Shown one piece after another: positions 18,975 to 29,393 of a stretch of 64,000 bases of DNA. Origin of the DNA: Candidatus Magasanikiibacteriota bacterium (GTDB lineage: Bacteria > Patescibacteriota > Patescibacteriia > Magasanikbacterales > GWA2-37-8); contig CAWJAS010000001.1 of NCBI GenBank assembly GCA_963840935.1, forward strand, positions 320,875 through 384,874, in the 5' to 3' direction. Every line of letters starts with the position of its first letter. Position 1 is the stretch's first letter. The notes below the pieces were generated by a model, which worked only from the letters and a program-made list of their open reading frames with translations, ran no database searches and was not told the DNA's origin. A program made the position numbers and the translations under genes.

Positions 18975-19976
18975 ATGAATTTAGCTATAAACGGGTTTGG
19001 CAGGATAGGCAGACAGGCCTTTAAAATTGCTTTTGGTCGCAAAGGCATTGATATTGTCGCTATCAATGATTTAACCGACCCAAAAACTCTGGCCCATTTA
19101 CTCAAATACGACACATCATACGACCTTTACGACAAAGAAGTTTCTTATGATGAAACGAATATTATTATTGACGGCGAAAAAATTCCTGTTTTTGCCATAA
19201 AAGACCCGGCGGAATTGCCTTGGAAAAAATTAAAAGTGGATGTTGTGCTTGAATGTACCGGTCGCTTTACCAAACTGGAAGACGCTGAATTACATCAGAA
19301 AGCCGGCGCGCGCAAAGTGATTTTGTCAGCCCCGGGCAAAGGTGGAGACATTCCCACGTATGTTCGCGGAGTGAATTGCGCCAAGGTTTTGAAAGAAGAA
19401 AAACAAGTAATAAATAATGCTTCATGCACCACCAATTGCATCGCGCCCGTTATGGCCGTTCTCGACGAAAATTTTGGTATTGAAAAAGCAATGATGACAA
19501 CAATACACGGCTACACGTCCGACCAAAATTTGCAGGATGGTCCGCATAAAGATTTGCGCCGAGCGCGCGCGGCCGCGGAAAATATTGTGCCGACAACGAC
19601 CGGTGCCGCCAAAGCGGTCGGTGAAGTGATTCCTAATCTGAAAGGAATTTTTGACGGATTGTCTATGCGAGTTCCCGTGCCAACAGTGTCACTCGCCGAC
19701 ATTACCGCTGTATTAAAGAAAAAAACCACCAAAGAAGAATTAAATCAGGCCTTGATTAATGCTTCAAAAACCGCTCGTTTTCATCATATTCTTTTGACCA
19801 CCGAAGAAGAACTGGTTTCATCCGATTTTGTTGGTAATCCGTATTCTTCAATTGTTGATTTGAAATTGACCAATGTGGTTGAAGGCGACTTGGTGAAAAT
19901 AATTGCTTGGTATGACAATGAAATGGGTTATTCATACCGCCTGGTGGAAATAGCCGAGATGTTTGGAAACGCATAA
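18975..19976 (+). CDS. gap: Glyceraldehyde-3-phosphate dehydrogenase
   Basis: NGFGRIGR NAD-binding motif. ASCTTNCIAP active-site Cys region. Confidence 0.9.
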   Translation: MNLAINGFGRIGRQAFKIAFGRKGIDIVAINDLTDPKTLAHLLKYDTSYDLYDKEVSYDETNIIIDGEKIPVFAIKDPAELPWKKLKVDVVLECTGRFTKLEDAELHQKAGARKVILSAPGKGGDIPTYVRGVNCAKVLKEEKQVINNASCTTNCIAPVMAVLDENFGIEKAMMTTIHGYTSDQNLQDGPHKDLRRARAAAENIVPTTTGAAKAVGEVIPNLKGIFDGLSMRVPVPTVSLADITAVLKKKTTKEELNQALINASKTARFHHILLTTEEELVSSDFVGNPYSSIVDLKLTNVVEGDLVKIIAWYDNEMGYSYRLVEIAEMFGNA

Positions 19977-19992
19977 TTCTTGAAAACCCAAT

Positions 19993-20394
19993 ATGCAAAT
20001 AACAGATACGAAAAATAATATTAATAACACTGATATTAAAGTTAAAGTCGCTAATGAAATGCTTAAAGTTATAAAAGGCCAAGGCAGTAGCGTCCACCAG
20101 CTAAGCAATTCTTTTTGCGACGTTAGCGAAGCGGTTTGCGAGGTGATAGATATTTTAAAATCGCTAATTAAATTTCAATTATTTATAGCTTTCTTAGTTT
20201 GTATTTTGTGGTGGAAAATTTTTGCATTTAGTGCTCTAAATAAAATATTAGGAGATTTATTTATTTGGTGGAGCCAGTTATCTGAAAATTGGCAAATTGC
20301 AATTTTTATGTTAATTGGGTCAGTTCCGCTAGGTATAATTACGATTATTATCAGTAATTACATTAATAAAAAATTTGAAAAAAATAAAATATAA
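19993..20394 (+). CDS. Hypothetical small membrane protein
   Basis: Two predicted TM helices. AT-rich native composition. Confidence 0.35.
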   Translation: MQITDTKNNINNTDIKVKVANEMLKVIKGQGSSVHQLSNSFCDVSEAVCEVIDILKSLIKFQLFIAFLVCILWWKIFAFSALNKILGDLFIWWSQLSENWQIAIFMLIGSVPLGIITIIISNYINKKFEKNKI

Positions 20395-20403
20395 AGGAAT
20401 ATT

Positions 20404-21795
20404 ATGTTGCGATTATTTTCTATTGAGGCAAATAAAAAAATCGGCGAAGAAGTGCTTTTGCAGGGTTGGGTCAACGCCCGTCGGAACATGGGTAAAATCG
20501 CTTTTTTGGATTTGCGCGACCGTGAAGGAATTGTTCAGGTGGTCGGAGTTCCGTCCGAGCTTGATGAATCTTCAAACGAAGAATTAAAACGCGCTCGTTT
20601 GGAATATTTGCTCGAAATTAGGGGAGTGGTGCAAGAACGCGGAGAAAAGCAAAAGAATCCGGATATGCCGACCGGCACAATAGAAATTCTGGCCAAAGAA
20701 ATAAAAATTATTTCCGCTTCCGAGCCGATGCCGTTTGAAGTGGATGGCGACACAAAAAACATCAACGAAGAGTTACGCCTCAAATATCGCTATTTGGATT
20801 TGCGTTCCGAGCGGATGAAAAATAATTTGAAAATGCGCCACCAGGTTAATTTGTTTTTGCGCAACTATTTGGCGGATAAAGGTTTTTGGGAAATTGAAAC
20901 TCCTGATTTGACCAAAGGCACACCCGAAGGCGCGCGTGAATTTTTGGTGCCGTCGCGCATTTATCCGGGTAATTTTTATGTTTTACCGCAATCGCCCCAG
21001 CAGTTCAAACAACTTTTGATGGTTGGCGGAGTGGAAAAATATTTTCAGATTGCCCGCTGTTTTCGTGATGAAGACCAGCGTGGAGACCGCCAGCCGGAAT
21101 TTACTCAACTTGATTTGGAAGTTTCCTTTTGGAGTCAAGAAGAAATAATAAACTTGCTCGAAGAAACAATGATTGAACTGGTGGAAAAACTTTACCCAAA
21201 TAAAAAAATTACCGCTCGTCCGTTCCCGCGTTTGACCTGGACCGAGTCAATGGAAAAATACAACACCGATAAACCTGATTTGCGCAAGGACAAAACAGAC
21301 AAAAACGAATTGGCTTTTGCCTGGATACTTGATTTTCCACTTTTTGAAAAAAGCGAATCAGAAAATCGTTTGGTCAGCGCGCACCATCCTTTTACTCGTC
21401 CGCTTGATGAAGATATGGCGCTTTTGGAAAATGAGCCCGAAAAAGTCCGCGCTTTTGCTTATGATTTGGCGCTTAATGGATTTGAAGTCGGTGGCGGAAG
21501 TTTGAGGATTTTTGACGCGATTTTGCAAAAAAAGATTTTTGAGATTTTGGGAGTGGGGGAAAGCGATATTCAGGAGCGTTTTGGCCATATGCTTGAAGCG
21601 TTTACTTATGGCGTTCCACCGCATGGCGGAATCGCTTTGGGCCTTGACCGACTGCTTGCCATTTTACAAGGCGAAGAAAACATCCGCGAAGTGATGGCTT
21701 TCCCCAAAACAGGCGATGCCCGCGATTTGATGATGGGCGCGCCGTCGCCAATGCCGGAATCAGCGCTGAAAGAAGCGAATATTAAATTGAAATAA
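20404..21795 (+). CDS. aspS: Aspartyl-tRNA synthetase, short form without the GAD insertion
   Basis: FRDEDQRGDRQPEFTQLDLEVSF class II motif 2. OB-fold N-terminus. 463 aa. Confidence 0.9.
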   Translation: MLRLFSIEANKKIGEEVLLQGWVNARRNMGKIAFLDLRDREGIVQVVGVPSELDESSNEELKRARLEYLLEIRGVVQERGEKQKNPDMPTGTIEILAKEIKIISASEPMPFEVDGDTKNINEELRLKYRYLDLRSERMKNNLKMRHQVNLFLRNYLADKGFWEIETPDLTKGTPEGAREFLVPSRIYPGNFYVLPQSPQQFKQLLMVGGVEKYFQIARCFRDEDQRGDRQPEFTQLDLEVSFWSQEEIINLLEETMIELVEKLYPNKKITARPFPRLTWTESMEKYNTDKPDLRKDKTDKNELAFAWILDFPLFEKSESENRLVSAHHPFTRPLDEDMALLENEPEKVRAFAYDLALNGFEVGGGSLRIFDAILQKKIFEILGVGESDIQERFGHMLEAFTYGVPPHGGIALGLDRLLAILQGEENIREVMAFPKTGDARDLMMGAPSPMPESALKEANIKLK

Positions 21796-21811
21796 TTTTT
21801 AGTTTTTTTGA

Positions 21812-21973
21812 TTGGCGGGATGATATATGTTGAAGACAGTCGCGGAGACGAGCGCGTCCCAAAGGGATCCCTTCGGGACATGGTTCCGCCAAAGGCGGAG
21901 CGCGAGTTGAGCGTTAGGGCGGCGAACCGCTGGGTGAGCCGACCCGTGTCTGAAACATATGTCAGCCCGCCAA
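21812..21973 (+). mobile_element. MITE-like GC-rich element with imperfect terminal inverted repeats
   Basis: TTGGCGGGATGATATATGTTGAAGACAG … CTGTCTGAAACATATGTCAGCCCGCCAA (outer 8 bp perfect, about 22/26 overall). Internal near-perfect 24-nt palindrome GTCCCAAAGGGATCCCTTCGGGAC at 21856-21879. Sits between aspS and scpA. Confidence 0.6.
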
Positions 21974-21989
21974 TTATGCACCATTTTTC

Positions 21990-22679
21990 ATGAAAGAAAT
22001 TAAACTTGAACAATTCAGCGGACCGCTTGATCTTTTGCTTGCCTTGATTGAACAAGAGAAATTGAATATTGGCGACATCGCTCTTTCCAAAGTGACGGAA
22101 CAATATTTTGAGTATTTGAACAAACTGGAAGAACACCGTCCAGAGGAGCTGGCCGATTTTTTGGTTATTGCCACAAAGCTTGTTTATTTAAAATCCCGCA
22201 ATTTGTTACCACAACTGTCTCTTGAAGAAGAAGACGGCCCGTCACTCGCCGACCAGCTCAAAATGTATAAGCGCTACATTGAAGCCAGTCGCGATATTCA
22301 AAAATTGTGGGACAAAAATTTGGTGGCCTATGGCCGAGTGGAACCGCCGGTTAAGCCAGATGGTTTTGTTTTGCCGGCAAATGCCGGAACGGAGGATTTG
22401 TACTCGTTTTTTACCGGTTTATTAAAAAGATTGAAGCCTCTTTGCCCGTTGCCCAAAGTGAGTATTGACCGCGCGATTTCCGTAAAAGAAAAAATTGCCA
22501 ATATTTTTAATTTATTAAAAACAAGAAAAAAATTAAGTTTCATTCAGTTGCTGTCCGAGTCGGAAAACAAGACAGAGGTGATTATTTCTTTTTTGGCTAT
22601 TTTGGAGTTGATTAAATCAGGCGATGCTTCGGTCAGCCAAAAAAATACATTTTCCGATTTAGAAATATATAAAATTTAG
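21990..22679 (+). CDS. scpA: Segregation and condensation protein A
   Basis: FSGPLDLLLALIEQEKLNIGDIALSKVTEQY matches the ScpA N-terminus. Confidence 0.8.
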   Translation: MKEIKLEQFSGPLDLLLALIEQEKLNIGDIALSKVTEQYFEYLNKLEEHRPEELADFLVIATKLVYLKSRNLLPQLSLEEEDGPSLADQLKMYKRYIEASRDIQKLWDKNLVAYGRVEPPVKPDGFVLPANAGTEDLYSFFTGLLKRLKPLCPLPKVSIDRAISVKEKIANIFNLLKTRKKLSFIQLLSESENKTEVIISFLAILELIKSGDASVSQKNTFSDLEIYKI

Positions 22680-22680
22680 T

Positions 22681-23235
22681 ATGAGTTTAAATTCGCAAAT
22701 TGAATCCGTGCTTTTTGTGGCGTCAAAACCGATCCAGCACAAAAAAATCGCCAAATCTTTGAACGCCAAAGAAGACGAGGTTTTGGGTGCTTTGATGGAA
22801 TTATTTGAAAAATATAATCAACCTGATTCCGGAATTTCTCTTTTGAGAAACGGTGATGAATGGCAAATGGTTTCAAATCCGGAAAATAAAGAATCGGCCG
22901 AAAAGTATTTGAAAGCCGAAGTAAGCGGTGAGTTAACTCGACCACAACTCGAAACCTTAACGGTTATTTCTTATTGCGGACCGATTACCAAGCCGGAATT
23001 GGAACAGGTCAGGGGAGTTAATTGCGCTTTAATTTTGCGTAATTTATTGATGCGCGGGTTGATTAAAGAAAATGAAGATTCGGCAAATTTGCTTCCGACT
23101 TATGAAGTGTCGATGGATTATTTACGCCATCTTGGCATTAACACCGTTTTGGAACTTCCGGAATATGAAACTCTTCACAACCATGAATATATTTTAAAAA
23201 TACTTGGGAATAATCCCGAACAACCTACTGAATAA
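22681..23235 (+). CDS. scpB: Segregation and condensation protein B
   Basis: IESVLFVASKPI… and ELTRPQLETLTVISYCGPITKPELEQVRGV are winged-helix ScpB motifs. Tightly follows scpA. Confidence 0.8.
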   Translation: MSLNSQIESVLFVASKPIQHKKIAKSLNAKEDEVLGALMELFEKYNQPDSGISLLRNGDEWQMVSNPENKESAEKYLKAEVSGELTRPQLETLTVISYCGPITKPELEQVRGVNCALILRNLLMRGLIKENEDSANLLPTYEVSMDYLRHLGINTVLELPEYETLHNHEYILKILGNNPEQPTE

Positions 23236-23237
23236 AT

Positions 23238-24254
23238 ATGCCAAAAAAAGTTGTAGATTTTTTATTTTCTTTTGGGCTAATGATTATTGGCGTCAGTTTG
23301 CTTTTTGCTTTTACTATATCGATATATATCAAGCCAAATACAATCGGTCCAAGTTTTCCAAAATCAAATCCGCGCATGATGGCTGTGGGAGGGGATGTTT
23401 ATGTTTTGCCGGATGAATTGCCCAAACCAACAAATCCGTTGCCAAAAAATAACACGGAGATCTCCATTCCTTTAACCGCGGTTTCAGCCGTGGTCATGGA
23501 TGAACAAACTGAAAATATTTTATTTTCCAAAAATTCCGATGAAATTCGCTCTCTTGCCTCAATAACCAAACTAATGTCGGCAATGGTTTTAATGGATTTG
23601 CCAATTGTTTGGTCTTCAACCACCACTATTTTGGATATTGATTATGACGGTTCCAGCCACTTATTAACTCCGGGCGAAACTTATTCTTTGGATGATTTGT
23701 GGTCAGCCGGTTTAGTCGGTTCATCAAATTCCGCCATACGCGCGTTAGTCAGGAACAGCGGTTTGAGCGAAACGCAATTTGTTGAAAAAATGAATAAGAA
23801 AGCAAAATCTTTGGGTTTTGCCAGTCTGGTTTTTACCGACCCGACCGGCTTAAGTTCGGGGAATATGGGGAGTGTGCGTGAAACAGCTTTTATGCTCAAA
23901 GAAAGTTTGCGTTATGAAAAAATCGCTTCAGCTTTAAACATTGGTGAATTATATGTTCAAGCTTTAAATTCTTCAAAACCAAAAAGAATTTGGAGCACTA
24001 ACCGCTTACTTACCAGATGGACGCCCCATGATTTTGAATCAAAAAATATTGTCGGTAAAACCGGTTATATAATTAATTCTCGTTATAATTTTGTGGCAAA
24101 AATAGGAGATAACGCGAGTCATCAAATAATCGTGGCAATACTCGGCTCGGAATCAAACGAGTCCCGTTTTACCGAAGCCCGTGATTTGGCCGAAATTATT
24201 TTTGCAAAATTTTTATGGCCGGACCAGAACGGCTACTCTGAATTGGCAGAATAA
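23238..24254 (+). CDS. D-alanyl-D-alanine carboxypeptidase (PBP5/6-type serine peptidase)
   Basis: N-terminal TM. SITK (SxxK), SSN (SxN) and GKTG (KTG) motifs. Confidence 0.7.
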   Translation: MPKKVVDFLFSFGLMIIGVSLLFAFTISIYIKPNTIGPSFPKSNPRMMAVGGDVYVLPDELPKPTNPLPKNNTEISIPLTAVSAVVMDEQTENILFSKNSDEIRSLASITKLMSAMVLMDLPIVWSSTTTILDIDYDGSSHLLTPGETYSLDDLWSAGLVGSSNSAIRALVRNSGLSETQFVEKMNKKAKSLGFASLVFTDPTGLSSGNMGSVRETAFMLKESLRYEKIASALNIGELYVQALNSSKPKRIWSTNRLLTRWTPHDFESKNIVGKTGYIINSRYNFVAKIGDNASHQIIVAILGSESNESRFTEARDLAEIIFAKFLWPDQNGYSELAE

Positions 24255-24275
24255 AGTTTTATTAGCGTAAAAAAT

Positions 24276-24285
24276 GTGCTATAAT
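24276..24285 (+). promoter_or_regulatory. Extended -10 promoter element for pgk
   Basis: AAAATGTGCTATAAT, the same motif as the 8035 and 10105 promoters. No good -35. Confidence 0.45.
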
Positions 24286-24305
24286 TATTCCACGCTATTG
24301 GCATT

Positions 24306-25511
24306 ATGAAAATAAAATCAATAAAAGAAATAAAAAATTTGGCCGGCAAAAAAGTTATTGTCAGGTCTGACTTTAACGTTGCTTTTTCCGGGGGTAAAAT
24401 TAAAGAAACATATAAAATAGAAAAAAGTTTTGCCACAATTAATTATTTGCGCGAGCGAGGGGCAAAAATAATTTTAATTTCTCATTTGGGCAGGCCCGAG
24501 GGATATAATAAGAAATTCAGTTTGAAGCCTGTCTTTAACTATATAAAGAAGGAGTTTAAAAACAATATTCATTTTGTTGACATAAGTGATAAAATTTTCA
24601 GTAATCAAAAGAAAATTGATAAGATTAAAAAAACCATTGATTCTCGGGAAAACGGCAGTATATTTTTACTCGAAAATGTTCGATTTATCAAAGGCGAAGA
24701 AAAAAATAAAAAAAGTATATCAAAAATTTTCTCCTCGTTTGGTGATTGTTTTGTGCTTGATGGATTTGCCGTGTCGCACAGGCCATCGTCCACGGTCATT
24801 GGCATCGCCGATTTTTTGCCGTCATATGCTGGGCTTTTGATGGAAGAAGAAGTAAAAGGATTGTCAAAGTTTTTGTCAAAACCAAAAAAACCCTTGGTAG
24901 TGGTAATCGGTGGTAATAAAATGGAAACAAAAATGCCAATGATGAAAAGATTGCTAGGGAAAGCCTCGCAGGTTTTGATTTGCGGGGGAATAGCCAATAC
25001 TTTTTTGATGGCAAAAAAGTATGATATCGGCGCCTCTATTTTTGATAAAAATGAAATTAAAACCGCCAAACAATATTTAAAAAATAAAAAAATTATCGTT
25101 CCGGTTGATTATGTTGTCGGTGACAAAGAAGGAAAAAAAGCGCATGTGGTTGAGATAGGAAAAAGCAAAAAAATAGCCGACGCCAAAACAGGAATTTATG
25201 ATATCGGACCGAAGACCGTTTCATTATTTGCCAAATATTTAAAAAAGGCGAATACATTGATTTGGAACGGGGCGGCCGGCATGTTTGAAGTTAACGCGTA
25301 CAGCTGGGGTAGCAAGTCCATCGCTCGGTTGTTTGCTTCTCAGGCAAAGGGCAAAGCTTTTGGCGCGACAGGTGGAGGTGAAACAGTGGAAATTATCAAT
25401 AAATTAAATTTAATGGATGAAATTGATTTAGTTTCTACCGGAGGCGGAGCGATGCTTTGTTTTTTGGGTGGCGAAAAATTACCGGGAGTATCAATAATAA
25501 CAAAAAAATAA
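24306..25511 (+). CDS. pgk: Phosphoglycerate kinase
   Basis: VRSDFNV N-terminus. C-terminal STGGGAMLCFLGGEKLPGV. Confidence 0.9.
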   Translation: MKIKSIKEIKNLAGKKVIVRSDFNVAFSGGKIKETYKIEKSFATINYLRERGAKIILISHLGRPEGYNKKFSLKPVFNYIKKEFKNNIHFVDISDKIFSNQKKIDKIKKTIDSRENGSIFLLENVRFIKGEEKNKKSISKIFSSFGDCFVLDGFAVSHRPSSTVIGIADFLPSYAGLLMEEEVKGLSKFLSKPKKPLVVVIGGNKMETKMPMMKRLLGKASQVLICGGIANTFLMAKKYDIGASIFDKNEIKTAKQYLKNKKIIVPVDYVVGDKEGKKAHVVEIGKSKKIADAKTGIYDIGPKTVSLFAKYLKKANTLIWNGAAGMFEVNAYSWGSKSIARLFASQAKGKAFGATGGGETVEIINKLNLMDEIDLVSTGGGAMLCFLGGEKLPGVSIITKK

Positions 25512-25576
25512 TTTATTTAATTAATATTTATCATTAAATGTTATTCGAACGGATAACGTTTAAAGGAGGTTTGTAT

Positions 25577-26446
25577 ATGCCCATCATGAGCGCTTCGCGC
25601 CGTGAACCAGCAAAACCACAGCCAATGACCGGCGCAACACCAAAGCCCACTTGCCCTGTGTGTTGTTACACTGGTGAATTTGGTAAAAAAATAATATTAA
25701 CTTTAGTCGCTTTGACCTTGGTTTATTTTATTTTTTTCTTAGGTACGCTGATTTATAATAATTTGGAAAAACACGATTTCATCGGTCGGGCGGATAAAAT
25801 GGAACGAACGATTACTGTTAACGGATTCGGAGAAGTGAACGGTCAGAATAATATTGCCGTTACCACAATTGGTTATTCCAATACCGATAAAGAAGTGGCA
25901 AAAGCTCAAGCTGACAATAAAGAAGTAATGGATAAGGTAATGGCTGATTTGCAAAAAATGGGTGTTGAAGACAAGGATTTGCAATCAAATTATGTAATTT
26001 ATCCGGATTATAATTATTCGCCGGATAAGGGCCAAGAATTAATCGGTTATAAAGTTAGCAACAGTATTACCGTGAAGATTCGCGATTTGTCCAAAATTAA
26101 CGAGATACTCGGTTTGGCAGGCAAGTATGGCGCCACCGAAGTCGGGGGTTTAAGCTTTACGATTGATGACCCATCCAATTTGAAAGACGAAGCTCGTGAC
26201 AAAGCAATGCTTGACGCAAAAGTGAAGGCAATCGCTTTAGCTCAATCGCTTGGAGTTAAGTTGGGAGAGGTGATTAATTATAATGAATACGATAGTTCCA
26301 ATGATTATGTGTATACCAAATATTATGGCGTGGAAAGCGCCATGGGTATGGGTGGAGTTGGTGGAGGAAGCGCCCCGGATGTTATTTCTGGAGGCAGTAA
26401 AGATGTTTCCATGAATGTAAATATTACCTTTGAAATACTGCAATAG
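25577..26446 (+). CDS. SIMPL/DUF541-domain protein (YggE/BP26-like), membrane-anchored
   Basis: AAAGGAGG SD before the Met at 25577. TM helix, then TITVNGFGEV…IAVTTIGYSNT…KAQADNKEVMDKV, which is SIMPL-like. Confidence 0.6.
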   Translation: MPIMSASRREPAKPQPMTGATPKPTCPVCCYTGEFGKKIILTLVALTLVYFIFFLGTLIYNNLEKHDFIGRADKMERTITVNGFGEVNGQNNIAVTTIGYSNTDKEVAKAQADNKEVMDKVMADLQKMGVEDKDLQSNYVIYPDYNYSPDKGQELIGYKVSNSITVKIRDLSKINEILGLAGKYGATEVGGLSFTIDDPSNLKDEARDKAMLDAKVKAIALAQSLGVKLGEVINYNEYDSSNDYVYTKYYGVESAMGMGGVGGGSAPDVISGGSKDVSMNVNITFEILQ

Positions 26447-26461
26447 ATTGTAATTTAAAAA

Positions 26462-26490
26462 AGAGGCTCAAAAAGCCTCTTTTTTTGTTT
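26462..26490 (+). terminator. Rho-independent terminator
   Basis: AGAGGCT-caaaa-AGCCTCT hairpin followed by T7. Confidence 0.65.
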
Positions 26491-26555
26491 TTTCAATTAT
26501 GGTACACTGATTAAGCGAAGTACATTAGTTTTTTGTCTTTTTATTATTAAAATCT

Positions 26556-27803
26556 ATGAAAATTAAGAAAATTCAAGCCATGGAAATCCTTGATTCGCGA
26601 GGGAATCCAACACTTGAAACCAGAGTGGTATTATCCAATGATTTGTTTGTTTCCGCCAAAGTTCCGTCCGGCGCTTCAACCGGCACAAATGAAGCGTGGG
26701 AATTGCGTGATGGAGGTTCGCGTTATCATGGCAAGGGGGTATTAAAAGCGGTTAAAAACGTGAACACAATTATTGCCAAAGCGATTGTCGGAATGGATAC
26801 TTCGGAATTAAAAAAAATTGACCAAAAAATGATAGTACTTGATGGAACAAAAAATAAATCAAAACTTGGGGCTAACGCCATGCTTTCGGTGTCGCTCGCG
26901 ATTGCCAAAGCCGGCGCATCAGCCGTGCGCATGCCTCTTTATAGGTATCTAAGAAAACTTTACAGCATCAAAGAAAAAAATTGGCGGATGCCAATGGCGA
27001 CAATGAACGTGCTTAACGGGGGACGGCATGCCGACAGCGGTCTTTCAATTCAGGAATTCATGATTATCCCACAGAATAAATTATTTAAAGAAAGAGTCAG
27101 AATCGGAGCGGAAATTTTTCATACTTTGGCTCAGTTGTTAAAAAAGAAAGGTTATACCACCGCGGTTGGAGACGAAGGGGGTTTTGCTCCTAAATTACCA
27201 AATAACGAGTCGGCAATAAAAATACTTTTGGAAGCGATAAAAAAGGCAGGGTATCAGGCGGGAAAAAATGTTTTTTTGGGCGTTGATGTCGCCGCTTCGG
27301 AATTTTATTCAGATGGAAAATATTATTTTGAAAAAAATAAAGCCGGATATGACTCAGGCAAAATGATTTCACTTTTATCCGGTTGGATAAAAAAATATCC
27401 GATATTATTTTTGGAAGACGGATTGAGTGAAAACGATTGGACCGGTTGGAAAGAAATGACTGTCGCACTCGGTAAAAATACGGTTTTGGTCGGAGACGAT
27501 ATTTTTGTTACCAATCCGGAAATATTTGCTCGAGGCATAAAAGAAGGAATTGGTAATTCTATTTTGATTAAAGTTAATCAAATCGGCACTTTATCGGAAA
27601 CAATGGAGACAATAAAAATGGCAAAACAAAATAATTATCGTGTTTGTGTGTCGCACAGAAGCGGGGAAACAAGCGATACGTTTATTTCCGATTTGGCGGT
27701 AGCCGTTAATTCGGATTTTATAAAAACAGGTTCTCTTTCACGCTCGGACAGAGTAGAAAAATATAATCGTTTAATGGAAATAGAAACAGAATTAGGGTCG
27801 TAA
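26556..27803 (+). CDS. eno: Enolase
   Basis: MEILDSRGNPTLE N-terminus. SHRSGETSDTFISDLAV. Confidence 0.9.
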   Translation: MKIKKIQAMEILDSRGNPTLETRVVLSNDLFVSAKVPSGASTGTNEAWELRDGGSRYHGKGVLKAVKNVNTIIAKAIVGMDTSELKKIDQKMIVLDGTKNKSKLGANAMLSVSLAIAKAGASAVRMPLYRYLRKLYSIKEKNWRMPMATMNVLNGGRHADSGLSIQEFMIIPQNKLFKERVRIGAEIFHTLAQLLKKKGYTTAVGDEGGFAPKLPNNESAIKILLEAIKKAGYQAGKNVFLGVDVAASEFYSDGKYYFEKNKAGYDSGKMISLLSGWIKKYPILFLEDGLSENDWTGWKEMTVALGKNTVLVGDDIFVTNPEIFARGIKEGIGNSILIKVNQIGTLSETMETIKMAKQNNYRVCVSHRSGETSDTFISDLAVAVNSDFIKTGSLSRSDRVEKYNRLMEIETELGS

Positions 27804-27809
27804 TATTAT

Positions 27810-29384
27810 ATGGCAAAAGAAAAATTAAAACCATTAGTACTTGCCATTATGGATGGCTGGGGGATAGCTGAGCCATCGGAAAAAGGCAACCCAATAACGC
27901 CAAAAAATGCGCCGAATTATTTTGGTTGGCTAAAAAAATATCCCTCAACAAAAATTTGCGCCAGTGGCCTTGCTGTCGGTTTGGTAAAAGACGAGGACGG
28001 GAATTCCGAAGCCGGTCATTTTAATTTGGGTGCCGGGCGAGTGGTAAAGCAAGATAAAATATATATTAATCAGGCGATTGGCGATGGAACATTCTTTAAA
28101 AATAACGCTTTTTGTCAGGCGATTCATCATCTAAAAAAATACAAAACCAAAGCTCATGTTATGGGATTATTGTCTAATCACAACAGTGCCCATTCTTCTC
28201 CGGAGCATCTTTATGCTGTTTTGGAAATGCTTCGTCAAAATAATGTCAAAAATATATACATGCATTTATTCACTGATGGTCGGGATTCCGGTCAGCATGA
28301 CGCTTTGCACCATTTAAAAAAATTACGTGAATACATGAAAAATGGAGAAAAGATTGCCACTATCATGGGCAGGTTCTATGCGATGGACCGTGGCAAGAAT
28401 TGGGACAGAATTAAACTGGCTTATGAAGCAATGGTAACCGGTAAAGGTGTTCGTGAGACTGCAAAGAGTGCCGAAGAAGCAATTGCCCAAGCATACAACA
28501 GTGATGAAACCGACGAGTTTATCAGCCCAACAGTTATTATGGAAAATGATAAGCCAATGGCCACAATCAAAGATAATGACATTATTTTCTTTTTTAACAT
28601 GCGCAGTGACCGCGCAAGAGAAATAACCAAAACATTTGTCCAAAAAGATTTTGAAAAAATGAACCATGGGATTTTTAAAAGGAAAATTGTTCCAAAAAAT
28701 ATCCGTTTTGTCGCCTTGACTGATTTTGGTCCTGATTTGCCGGGCGTTCTGACCGCCTTTCCCGGACGAGAAATAAAAAACAGTTTGCCGGAAGTTCTTT
28801 GCGCATCGCTTCGCCAGCAATTATACATTGCCGAAACGGAAAAATTTGCCCATGTGACTTATTTTTTTAATGGTGGTAAGGCCTCTCATTTTTGCGATGA
28901 AGAATGGGTGAAGATTCCATCGGTTGATACGGACAACTATTGCAAAAAACCGGCTATGAGCGCAAAAAAAATTACTGATCACATTTTAAAAGAGATAGAT
29001 AAAAATAAATATGAATTTATTTGCGTTAATTATGCAAATCCTGATATGGTAGCACACTCGGGTGATTTTAAAGCAACATTAATTGCGGTTAAGACCGTCG
29101 ATAAAGAAGTGGAAAGACTTGTAAAAGCTATAATAAAAAAAGATGGTCAAATTTTAATTACCGCCGATCACGGTAATGCCGAAGAATTAATAAATCCCGT
29201 GACCGGAGAAATTGATACCGAGCATTCGTCTAATCCGGTACCGTTTATCGTAGTTGGAAAAGAATTTTTAAACAAAAAAATTAAATTTTTAAAAAAAGGA
29301 AAACTTGCCGATGTGGCCCCGACAATTCTTAAAATGTTACAAATTGAAAAACCAAAAGAGATGACGGGCAAACCTTTATTTTAA
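27810..29384 (+). CDS. gpmI: 2,3-bisphosphoglycerate-independent phosphoglycerate mutase (copy 1)
   Basis: LAIMDGWGIA, GNSEAGHFNLGAGRVV (catalytic Ser), C-terminal ADHGNAE. Confidence 0.85.
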   Translation: MAKEKLKPLVLAIMDGWGIAEPSEKGNPITPKNAPNYFGWLKKYPSTKICASGLAVGLVKDEDGNSEAGHFNLGAGRVVKQDKIYINQAIGDGTFFKNNAFCQAIHHLKKYKTKAHVMGLLSNHNSAHSSPEHLYAVLEMLRQNNVKNIYMHLFTDGRDSGQHDALHHLKKLREYMKNGEKIATIMGRFYAMDRGKNWDRIKLAYEAMVTGKGVRETAKSAEEAIAQAYNSDETDEFISPTVIMENDKPMATIKDNDIIFFFNMRSDRAREITKTFVQKDFEKMNHGIFKRKIVPKNIRFVALTDFGPDLPGVLTAFPGREIKNSLPEVLCASLRQQLYIAETEKFAHVTYFFNGGKASHFCDEEWVKIPSVDTDNYCKKPAMSAKKITDHILKEIDKNKYEFICVNYANPDMVAHSGDFKATLIAVKTVDKEVERLVKAIIKKDGQILITADHGNAEELINPVTGEIDTEHSSNPVPFIVVGKEFLNKKIKFLKKGKLADVAPTILKMLQIEKPKEMTGKPLF

Positions 29385-29393
29385 TAAAATATT

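Noticed and set aside
21808-21993. 61-aa ORF between aspS and scpA
   Set aside because: It coincides with a TIR-bounded GC-rich palindromic element. There is no SD, and the sequence repeats at other loci in non-coding contexts.
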